In this document: positions 28,616-36,442 of the stretch, piece after piece
Numbering within the stretch: position 1 is the first letter of the stretch
How the letters are laid out: each line of letters begins with the position of its first letter
Notes under the pieces: generated by a model
Told to the model about the DNA's origin: nothing
Seen by the model: the letters and a program-made list of their open reading frames with translations, nothing else
Databases searched by the model: none
DNA from: Thermoplasmata archaeon
Lineage (GTDB): Archaea > Thermoplasmatota > Thermoplasmata > GCA-020350865
DNA length: 51,417 bases
Direction of reading: 5' to 3'
Assembly (NCBI GenBank): GCA_036475875.1
Contig: JAZGAR010000073.1
Span: 1 to 51,417, forward strand
Position numbers and translations under genes: made by a program

Positions 28616-30484
28616 TCAGCCCCCTCCTGTTTTAACATCGACGGCATTGAACTTGCATACCTCAATGCATATTCCGCAGGTGGTGCATATATCATAATCT
28701 ATGATGTGTGGCTGCTTCTTTTCCCCTGATATGGCTTCAACCGGACACTTTTTGAAACAAAGATGGCATCCATTACATTTTTCAGGATCTATCTCATAGG
28801 ATATGAGGGCCTTACAAACCTTGGCTGGACACGCCTTTTCCAGCACATGAGCCTTGTACTCGTCTTCAAAATATTTCATAGTCGTTATGACCGGGTTGGG
28901 GGCAGTTTTTCCAAGACCGCAAAGCGATGTGCTCATTATATATTCACTCAGTTCTTCAAGCAGTGCAAGAGAGTTCTCATCGCCCTTGCCCTCAACGATG
29001 TCATCCAATATTTCCAGCATTCGAGCGGTGCCCTCTCTGCATGAAGTGCATTTACCACAGGATTCGTCGAGATTGAAAGCAGTGAAATATCTGGCAACAT
29101 CCACCATGCATGTATCCTCGTCCATCACGATCATCCCGCCCGAACCCATCATGGACCCTACCCGCTTCAATTCGTCAAAATCAATGGGGATGTCGAGTAG
29201 GGGTTCCGGAATGCAACCACCGGAAGGACCCCCTGTTTGTACAGCTTTAAAGCGCCTATCATTGGGAATACCGCCACCGATATCAAATACAATTTCTCTG
29301 ATGGCCATACCCATGGGTATCTCAACCAGACCAGTATTTCTTACTTTTCCAACGAGAGAGAATATTTTGGTGCCTTTGCTTTTTTCTGTCCCGATATTGG
29401 CAAACCACTCAGCTCCTTTGTTGAAGATCAATGGAACATTTGCCCATGTTTCAACATTGTTTATCACTGTTGGGTACCCCCATAGGCCGCTTTCAGTGGC
29501 ATGTATGTGCTTTGCCTTCGGCTCACCTACCTTCCCTTCGATGGACTGGATCAGGGCGGATGATTCTCCGCATACGAATGCTCCTCCACCCTTGTAAACC
29601 AAGATGTCAAAATCAAAACCAGATCCCAGTATATTCTTCCCCAAAAGACCAAGTTCTCTTGCCTGATTTAAAGCGGTTGAAAACACATCGACAGCTATGG
29701 GATATTCGGATCGTACATATATGTAACCATAATTGGCACCCACTGCATAGGCACCGATGATCATACCTTCTATAACACTGTGGGGGTTGCCTTCCAACAA
29801 ATTCCTATCCATATAGGCCCCAGGATCGCCTTCATCGGCATTGCATATGATGTATCTTTTCTCTGCTGCGACGTTTTTAGTGGATTCCCATTTTCGTCCG
29901 GTGGGAAACCCTCCACCTCCCCTACCTCTTAGACCAGATCGCTTTACCACATCGACGATCTCGTCGGGATTCATGGAAAACAGCGACTTTCCCAATGCGC
30001 TGTAGCCACCTATCCGGATATAATCCTGGATTTCCTTCTGATCTATCTCAATATTGTCTATGAGCAAATTCCTCAATTGCTTTTCATAAAACGGTAATTC
30101 GTTTTCATATGTGACCTTATTTCCTGATACAGGATCAACATAAAGAAGCCGTTTTACAGGCTTTCCTGATTCCAAGGTTTCAGACATAATCTCCTCAACA
30201 TCATCTGGTACCACGTTTTTGTAAAGTATGCCAGGAAATCCTTTAAGTCGAATTACGACGATGGGCTCAATTTCGCAAAGACCCAGGCAGCCTGATACCC
30301 TCACTTTGGACTTATCAGTCATTCCCCTCTTTGCAAGGCTATCCGAAAAAGCATCTATTACACCCTGACTACCCTGTGCCTCCCCGCAGGTTCCCGATGC
30401 GATAATAACTAACGGTTTTTCCGGTTCCGCATTTAACTTCTCCCTCAAATCGTCCAGGGACTGTGTATTTGTCAACCTCTCCAT
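28616..30484 (-). CDS. NuoF/HydB-like NAD(H)- and FMN-binding subunit with N-terminal thioredoxin-like domain and C-terminal 2x[4Fe-4S]
   Basis: GLRGRGGGGFPTGRKW (FMN/NADH site), CNADEGDPGAY, ESCGKCTSCREG (N3-type cluster), and C-terminal CNGCHLCFKKCP/CTTCGICIEVC. Confidence 0.9.
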   Translation of the reverse strand: MERLTNTQSLDDLREKLNAEPEKPLVIIASGTCGEAQGSQGVIDAFSDSLAKRGMTDKSKVRVSGCLGLCEIEPIVVIRLKGFPGILYKNVVPDDVEEIMSETLESGKPVKRLLYVDPVSGNKVTYENELPFYEKQLRNLLIDNIEIDQKEIQDYIRIGGYSALGKSLFSMNPDEIVDVVKRSGLRGRGGGGFPTGRKWESTKNVAAEKRYIICNADEGDPGAYMDRNLLEGNPHSVIEGMIIGAYAVGANYGYIYVRSEYPIAVDVFSTALNQARELGLLGKNILGSGFDFDILVYKGGGAFVCGESSALIQSIEGKVGEPKAKHIHATESGLWGYPTVINNVETWANVPLIFNKGAEWFANIGTEKSKGTKIFSLVGKVRNTGLVEIPMGMAIREIVFDIGGGIPNDRRFKAVQTGGPSGGCIPEPLLDIPIDFDELKRVGSMMGSGGMIVMDEDTCMVDVARYFTAFNLDESCGKCTSCREGTARMLEILDDIVEGKGDENSLALLEELSEYIMSTSLCGLGKTAPNPVITTMKYFEDEYKAHVLEKACPAKVCKALISYEIDPEKCNGCHLCFKKCPVEAISGEKKQPHIIDYDICTTCGICIEVCKFNAVDVKTGGG

Positions 30485-31393
30485 TTACGCATCCCCCAAT
30501 GAAGAGAGGATCTTATCCACCTCGTCAAAGTTCAAATTCCCGTGAAACTCCTCATTTATCATCATAACTGGACCGATGGCGCAGGTACCAAGACAGTTCA
30601 CGGTTTCAAGCGAAAGCAGCCCTTCCTCCGCCTCGGATACCCTTTCCCGAATTCTATCGACGACCCTCCTTGCGCCTCTGACATGGCAGGCAGTGCCCAG
30701 GCAGACCTTTATGTGGAACTTCCCTCTCAACTCGAGACTGAATGCTTTATAGAAAGTGGCCAATCTGTAAATGTAACTCAGAGGGATATCGAGCTTAAAT
30801 GTTAGATATCCCAATACATCCTTTGGAAGATACCTATAATGATCATTCACATCCAACATAATTTGAATCAAGGGACCATCAAGATGGGAATATCTTTCAA
30901 CTAGAGAATCGAGGTATTCCCTGTCTCGAACCTTTGGAGCCTCCTTGGGCTTCTCAGGTATCTGCGGTTGTAGGTTTATTGGACAATTCTCTATGCAAAC
31001 TCCGCATCCTGTACATTTGGATTCATCTATTGATCGGGCTCTCTTTTTCAAGGTGACCTTAAAATTGCCTGCCTCCCCCTCAACAGCCACCAGTTCAGAA
31101 TGTGTAAGGAGTTCTATGTTTGAATGTCCACCAACACCCACGAGTTTAGGTGATAGGGTACACATGGCGCAATCATTCGTTGGAAAGGTTTTGTCAAGCT
31201 GAGACATTCTCCCCCCCAACGACGGAGTTTTTTCGAGTAGATACACCTTCCTTCCCGAATCCGCCATATCCAATGAAGCTTGAATACCGCTTATCCCCCC
31301 GCCTATAACGAGAACACCTTTCTGATTCACATCCCCCGAAGATTCTTCATGATCGTGTTCATGAGTTTCGGTTGTTGTATCCACATCATCCAT
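30485..31393 (-). CDS. HdrA N-terminal FAD-binding fragment fused to a NuoE-like [2Fe-2S] domain (302 aa)
   Basis: GVLVIGGGISGIQASLD...DKTFPTNDCAMCTLSPKLV...GNFKVTL...CTGCGVCIENCP, then a NuoE-type segment (YRLATFYKAFSL...KVCLGTACHVRGA...VNCLGTCAIGPVMMI). Confidence 0.88.
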   Translation of the reverse strand: MDDVDTTTETHEHDHEESSGDVNQKGVLVIGGGISGIQASLDMADSGRKVYLLEKTPSLGGRMSQLDKTFPTNDCAMCTLSPKLVGVGGHSNIELLTHSELVAVEGEAGNFKVTLKKRARSIDESKCTGCGVCIENCPINLQPQIPEKPKEAPKVRDREYLDSLVERYSHLDGPLIQIMLDVNDHYRYLPKDVLGYLTFKLDIPLSYIYRLATFYKAFSLELRGKFHIKVCLGTACHVRGARRVVDRIRERVSEAEEGLLSLETVNCLGTCAIGPVMMINEEFHGNLNFDEVDKILSSLGDA

Positions 31394-31411
31394 GTAACCA
31401 GTCCTTTTGTC

Positions 31412-32284
31412 CTATTTGCCCCCATTTGATTCTAAAAACAACTTTCCGATCTTCTTTCTCATCCCCAATTCCTTGGGGCCGTAACCCATAGCAAGCCCCA
31501 GAATTTGTGGTGTGAATACCACTGGCATTTTGAAATCGATATTGATGTTAGGATCCTTTTGATACTCGCTGTACATGACCATACAAAACGGACAGTGCAC
31601 GGTCATAGCATCAGCCTTGGCCTCATGTACATGTATCAGTTTGTCCCTGACCATTTTTACCGATGTTTCCTCGTTGACAGCGAGTATAGCACCTCCGCAG
31701 CACTGTTTCATGTTCTCGTATTTTATTGAGATTGCGCCGGTAAGATCCACGAGGTCGTCGACAGTATGCGGAATTATGGGATCCTCGAAATCATCGAAGA
31801 TCTCAGGAGGTTTGAGATAATGGCAGCCGTAATGGGGGGCAATTCGTAATGGATTCAACTTGGTGGTGAAGGTCTCTTTTATTTTATCTAGGCCAACCTC
31901 CTCATATATGAATCGAAGGAAATGCCTAACTTCCAATTTCCCTTGAAATTCCTTACCAATGGCATTTTTTAAGATCTTGTTGATATGTTTACGCTCTTTT
32001 TCATCTTCTTTCAGTAATTTATTCACTTTGGTCAATGTGCCAGTGCATGAGTTGCAAACGCTTATAACATAATCCACGCCCATCTCCTCCGCAGCAACGA
32101 GGTTCTGGGCCGCAAGAGCGAGAAAGGTGGTGTGATCCTTTGGCCCTGCAGGATAACCGCAGCACACGAAATCATCCGAGTCGAGAAGCTCTATGCCCAA
32201 CTTTTCAGCCACCCGTCTTACTGCTGCATCGTACTCAAAGACCCTAAGTGCAACATTGCATCCAAGAAAATATGCAGCTTTCAT
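31412..32284 (-). CDS. hdrB: heterodisulfide reductase subunit B-like, copy 2
   Basis: MKAAYFLGC...DFVCCGYP and KQCCGGA CCG motifs. 290 aa. TAATG overlap with hdrC copy 2. Confidence 0.9.
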   Translation of the reverse strand: MKAAYFLGCNVALRVFEYDAAVRRVAEKLGIELLDSDDFVCCGYPAGPKDHTTFLALAAQNLVAAEEMGVDYVISVCNSCTGTLTKVNKLLKEDEKERKHINKILKNAIGKEFQGKLEVRHFLRFIYEEVGLDKIKETFTTKLNPLRIAPHYGCHYLKPPEIFDDFEDPIIPHTVDDLVDLTGAISIKYENMKQCCGGAILAVNEETSVKMVRDKLIHVHEAKADAMTVHCPFCMVMYSEYQKDPNINIDFKMPVVFTPQILGLAMGYGPKELGMRKKIGKLFLESNGGK

Positions 32285-32829
32285 TACTTATCTTCACTCC
32301 CCTCTTCCAATATCCCAGTTTCTTTTATGATCTTCCTTATCCGTTCCGGGTTTTCCTTTATCGGAGGACATTTCAATTTCTCCCTTTGCTGGTTCTCGAA
32401 TTCCGACAATTCGGTGGTTCTTCCGGTCTTATTCATTGCCTCGACGCCCATTTGATAGGAAAAATGCAGGTGGCCCTCTCTGGCCGCGATGTTCTGGATC
32501 GCAGCTATGACCTTCGTGGTCTGTACATTCTGCGGACATCTCACATAACAGCTATAACACGTGGAGCAGAGCCAAATCGCATCCGAGGACAGTACCTCCG
32601 ATCTTAGGCCCAATAGTGACATCCAGATTATTCTTCGTGGATCATATTCAGGGTTCTTTGCAGCAACAGGACACACCGATACACATGTCCCGCATTGAAA
32701 ACAGTAGAGAATGTTCTCTCCACCCGGCTCCTTTGCTATCTCGAACTTGAAGTTCGGGTCGAGCTCGGCCAATTCGATATTTTCAACTTTCTTGTTTGTT
32801 TTCTCATTTGTCGTTTCTGTATCGGCCAT
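32284..32829 (-). CDS. hdrC: heterodisulfide reductase subunit C-like, copy 2
   Basis: CFQCGTCVSVCP and CSTCYSCYVRCP. 181 aa. Confidence 0.9.
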   Translation of the reverse strand: MADTETTNEKTNKKVENIELAELDPNFKFEIAKEPGGENILYCFQCGTCVSVCPVAAKNPEYDPRRIIWMSLLGLRSEVLSSDAIWLCSTCYSCYVRCPQNVQTTKVIAAIQNIAAREGHLHFSYQMGVEAMNKTGRTTELSEFENQQREKLKCPPIKENPERIRKIIKETGILEEGSEDK

Positions 32830-32907
32830 TAATGGTCAACTCCGAGCCTTGTTTGGATACATACCAGCAGTAGATTATCCCCACGGCGCACGGGAATGTT
32901 TTTTTGA

Positions 32908-32985
32908 CTATTAAACATTTCGGATTTATAGCGATATTGTTTATCTTGATGACGATTGTCGGATACTGCTTATATACATTTCGTT
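32908..32985 (-). promoter_or_regulatory. two tandem BRE/TATA-like elements upstream of hdr operon 2
   Basis: The minus strand reads ACGAAATGTATATAAG (32985..32970) and CCGAAATGTTTAATAG (32923..32908). They lie about 140 and 80 nt upstream of hdrC ATG 32829. Confidence 0.4.
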
Positions 32986-33072
32986 GTCACTGAGGGAGGT
33001 AAATAAGGCTTGATAAAAACGAAAATGCACCCTAGAGGGAATCAATATACCCTTATCCTGGGGATTACATTT

Positions 33073-33093
33073 CCAAAAAACCCATAAAATAAA
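33073..33093 (-). terminator. oligo-T terminator after the ligase gene
   Basis: The minus strand directly after stop 33094 reads TTTATTTTATGGGTTTTTTGG. Confidence 0.4.
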
Positions 33094-34635
33094 CTAAAAG
33101 CACACCTTCCTCATCACCTTCTCGATCAGATCAGTCCTAAGCTCGGTCTTGTTCTCGAACTCACCTACCAAAGCTTTCTTTTCCTTTCCAAGTTCATAGC
33201 AGGTTTGATCGTCAATATCCACCAACACACCTGGAAGGCCTATTCGCTCGAAATCCTCAAGATGCTTGACATAGAAAGCCTCGCAGCAACTGCCCACAAA
33301 TGCCTTCGCTCCATTATCCTTATATTTCAAAAGGGTCTCCAATAGGTCATCAAAATCCAGTATGGTCACCACCTCTATTCCGTTCTTTTCTGCGAATTCA
33401 TAGCAGTCACCAACGTTACAATCCTCGCATTTTATGCACTCCTTTTTATGCCGGTATTCGCACCCAGGTAATTTGGCGCAGTAAGGAAGAAGGAGAACCG
33501 AACATTTTGGCATGTCCTTCAAGGAACTGTTTACAGTGAATATGCGATTCGCTTCATGCGATTGTATTCCAAGTTCGTGGTAATCCATTTTCTCAAGGGC
33601 TTTGAACAGCACCTTTACGAAATCCTTTGGCTCGACACCTGGTATCTGGGGTTTTTTCTCGGCAAAAAAATCAAGGATTAGGTTTTCAATTTGGAGATTA
33701 TCCGCTGGTGTATCCTTCATTTTCGCCTCCAAATCTAGAATGGTCCTCTTTGGGTAGGCAAAAAAATCACCTGTGATCAGAACACTGTGTATGCGGTTCG
33801 ATTTTGCATCCGCAACCAGAGATGCCCTGATGAGCCCCCCAGGAGCTTTGTGCACTGCCCTCAATTCCTGCCTGTTCTTCAAGGGCCTGCGAAGACCAAA
33901 AACCCAACCCTTCGATTTAAAGTAAGGAAGTCTTTTTTTAAGAAGTTCATTCTCTAATTTGGTAAGTTTCCCCTCCTCAAATGTTACCTCAAATACTTCT
34001 TCGAATCCTTCTTTCAGCGCATTTTTCATCTCAACAAGTTCCGGGACATACCCGAGTTCCCATGATAGGCAAGTTACCCTTTCCTTGACCGATTCGATCT
34101 CCTTGTCCTTAAGCTTCTCTATTGGAATACGGAGAGCCCTGAGCATGGTGTCAACATCGAAGTCCGTGAGCAATGTACCTTGAAAAAGAAATGTCCCGCC
34201 CTCTAACGCACCTCCAGTCCCAGAGATCTTCCGCCCCTCAACCTCAATATCGTTCTTAGGCCTGAAAGCCGCATTCACTCCCAACTTTTTCAACCCAATG
34301 ATCGCACCCTCGCATAACTTTTCATAGAGCTCCTCCACCCTATTCGGGATCTTCGGATGTTCCTTGGAGGCGAAAATCTCCCACCCCAACTGCGGTTTGT
34401 CGAAGTAGAGGGCTCCACCGCCAGTGATACGCCTGTTGATGTCTATTCCTCTTTCTTTGCAAAACCGCACCCTTATTTCCTGCTCAACGCTTTGATGGTA
34501 TCCCACAAGAACGCTGTTTGGAGAAAATTGAAGAAAGCGAAGTGTGTTCGGTATATTGCCCTCACTTTTCGCCTTGAGTATGCACTCGTCTAGAGCCATG
34601 TTCTCTGCCGCAGAGCGAACACCTGTGTCCACCAA
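33094..34635 (-). CDS. lplA: lipoate-protein ligase (LplA N- and C-domains) fused to a Cys-rich DUF116-like C-terminal domain
   Basis: NMALDECIL, RRITGGGALYFD, GRKISGTGG (adenylate-binding Lys) and LITGDFF (LplA C-domain). The last ~150 aa reads CSVLLLPYCAKLPGCEY...CIKCEDCNVGDC...AFVGSCCEAF...DDQTC. The track start is TTG 34635; see the finding on a possible upstream ATC start at 34653. Confidence 0.85.
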   Translation of the reverse strand: MVDTGVRSAAENMALDECILKAKSEGNIPNTLRFLQFSPNSVLVGYHQSVEQEIRVRFCKERGIDINRRITGGGALYFDKPQLGWEIFASKEHPKIPNRVEELYEKLCEGAIIGLKKLGVNAAFRPKNDIEVEGRKISGTGGALEGGTFLFQGTLLTDFDVDTMLRALRIPIEKLKDKEIESVKERVTCLSWELGYVPELVEMKNALKEGFEEVFEVTFEEGKLTKLENELLKKRLPYFKSKGWVFGLRRPLKNRQELRAVHKAPGGLIRASLVADAKSNRIHSVLITGDFFAYPKRTILDLEAKMKDTPADNLQIENLILDFFAEKKPQIPGVEPKDFVKVLFKALEKMDYHELGIQSHEANRIFTVNSSLKDMPKCSVLLLPYCAKLPGCEYRHKKECIKCEDCNVGDCYEFAEKNGIEVVTILDFDDLLETLLKYKDNGAKAFVGSCCEAFYVKHLEDFERIGLPGVLVDIDDQTCYELGKEKKALVGEFENKTELRTDLIEKVMRKVCF

Positions 34636-34750
34636 TCTCCATTTTTCTATGATTTCACCGTCCTTTTTATGACAACGCAGGGGTAGAATCCCCCTCAGTT
34701 ACGACGAAAGTGAAGGAAGAACACGAAAAGGTGAAAATCATCTCCCCAAA

Positions 34751-35788
34751 TCATGATGAGTAATCCAAGAGCTGCTCCTTTATCATCTCGATATCGTTCT
34801 CCTCGGGCAAAAATGGAAAGTTCCTTATGGGACGGGAGGGCCTCTCGTTGCCGTAAGGGCGGTTGCATGCCACCTTTTTGTCTCTACCTGGGCAACCAGA
34901 AGTCATGAATGCCTCCCCCATCTCTATAATTTCTTTAACATCCATACCAAAATCTATTATCTGGCCTTTTTTGTTAAGTCTCATGTTTCTGTTGGAGCCC
35001 AGGCCCTCATTGATGATGTATCTTGCCAGTTGTATTCTTCTGTATGAACCATAAGTGGGTTGCTTATTCCCTTGTATTTTGCTCCCTTGCTCCGGGTAGA
35101 AGGAAAACAGATGGGTTTTTGCACCCATATCCTCAGCCCTCTGAATCGTCTTTATAAATTCCTTCTCGGTCTCACCAAGACCCACGATGAGATGTACTCC
35201 CACATTGCCTGGCTCAAATATTTCTGTGGACCATTTCACAACATCCCAGTAATGATCCCATTTGTGCGGACCGTTGACACCTTTGCCCCTGTGTTCGTCA
35301 AATAACTCGGATGTGACGGCATCGATTGCGATGCCCACCATGTCTGCACCTGAGTCCTTGATTTTTTCGATGGTCTCTTTGTTCCTTATCATAGTCGGTG
35401 AGATCAAACCGGAAATGAGCAGATCTGTTTCATCCTTGAACTTGGTCATGACGGTGCACATGTCTTCCAATGCTCTCGGATGCGTTATCATGGATACACA
35501 TACCCTCTGAAGATGCTTTCCGTTTTCATTTGTCCTTTTAATAACCTCATCCAGGGGATAAGAAGGCCAGTCTACCCTGATAAAGGTCCTATCCTCCGGT
35601 TCCACAACCCTTGCCTTTGACAAACCGCAATAGCTGCATCTCGCCTTACAACCATCCTCATAGGTCAAGAGCAGGTTCAAGGCATTCAATCTTGCACCCC
35701 TGTAAAATCTCCCGGGCAGGATTTTCATGGTCATAGCGGCAGCGGTACTGGTTTGAACGTACTCAGGACTGTTCTTTGTCATATTCAT
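34751..35788 (-). CDS. radical SAM enzyme, BioB/LipS-like (candidate lipoyl synthase component)
   Basis: CKARCSYCGL (CX3CX2C) near the N-terminus of a 345-aa TIM-barrel-sized protein. Its start overlaps the end of the GcvH-like gene by 26 nt, and it sits between that carrier gene and the ligase gene. Confidence 0.75.
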   Translation of the reverse strand: MNMTKNSPEYVQTSTAAAMTMKILPGRFYRGARLNALNLLLTYEDGCKARCSYCGLSKARVVEPEDRTFIRVDWPSYPLDEVIKRTNENGKHLQRVCVSMITHPRALEDMCTVMTKFKDETDLLISGLISPTMIRNKETIEKIKDSGADMVGIAIDAVTSELFDEHRGKGVNGPHKWDHYWDVVKWSTEIFEPGNVGVHLIVGLGETEKEFIKTIQRAEDMGAKTHLFSFYPEQGSKIQGNKQPTYGSYRRIQLARYIINEGLGSNRNMRLNKKGQIIDFGMDVKEIIEMGEAFMTSGCPGRDKKVACNRPYGNERPSRPIRNFPFLPEENDIEMIKEQLLDYSS

Positions 35789-36245
35789 CCAACCTTTTTA
35801 GCTCCTCCTCAATCCATTTTCTAATGCTCTCTTCCCCATCGAGAATATCATCCGATTGAAGATCCTTTTCGATATCAGTGGGTTTGATTTCCACAATCCA
35901 GGCATTGTAAGGGTCTTTGTTGATTCTGATGGGGTCATTCACCACTTCCTCGTTTATATTGAGAACCTCCCCATCTAAAGGGGAATAGAACTTGCTCACG
36001 AACTTCGCTGATTCGAAGCTCCCGATGGCTTCGCCTTGCCTGAATTCTTTGTTGTCTATTGTGAGATAGCTTAAGTAACCTGCGTTCTCGGTTAGAAATG
36101 AGTCCATTCCGATCTTGACTTTGCCACCATCCTCTTTCAGCCAGATATGGTTTCCGCTCTTCTTGTAGTATCTTCTGTCCAAGGGGAATTTCAGGTTTTC
36201 TATCTCTATCACTGCAATCCCTCCAACATCATTCAAGGCGATCAT
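35763..36245 (-). CDS. GcvH-like lipoyl-carrier protein 3 (canonical ES-A-K motif)
   Basis: NHIWLKEDGGKVKIGMDSF...GSFESAKFVSKFYSPLDGEVLNINEEV..DP..INKDPYNAW. 160 aa. Confidence 0.85.
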   Translation of the reverse strand: MIALNDVGGIAVIEIENLKFPLDRRYYKKSGNHIWLKEDGGKVKIGMDSFLTENAGYLSYLTIDNKEFRQGEAIGSFESAKFVSKFYSPLDGEVLNINEEVVNDPIRINKDPYNAWIVEIKPTDIEKDLQSDDILDGEESIRKWIEEELKRLDEYDKEQS

Positions 36246-36442
36246 GATTTTGGCATATTTTTAAGTGTTGGCCTGCGTTTTTTATTTCGGGTTTCACACA
36301 ACTCATTGATAGTATTTAAATCTTCTTTTTAATGGATGGCAATGCCTACCATAACACCGTTTTTTTACCCTCCACTATCGTTAGGTTCGATCCTTCACAA
36401 CCTCAGCATCTGTTAACACCAAAAATATCTCTTTATATCTTT

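Noticed and set aside
3286-32829. Reading the Hdr/MvhD genes as evidence for methanogenesis (CoM-S-S-CoB reduction).
   Set aside because: The window contains no mcr, mtr, CoM/CoB biosynthesis or MvhAG genes. HdrABC/MvhD homologs are widespread in non-methanogens, so the substrate is left open.
16060-36245. Annotating the three H-like proteins as a glycine cleavage system.
   Set aside because: No P, T or L protein genes are in the window, and the gene context is hdr plus lipoate maturation. They were kept as generic GcvH-like carriers.
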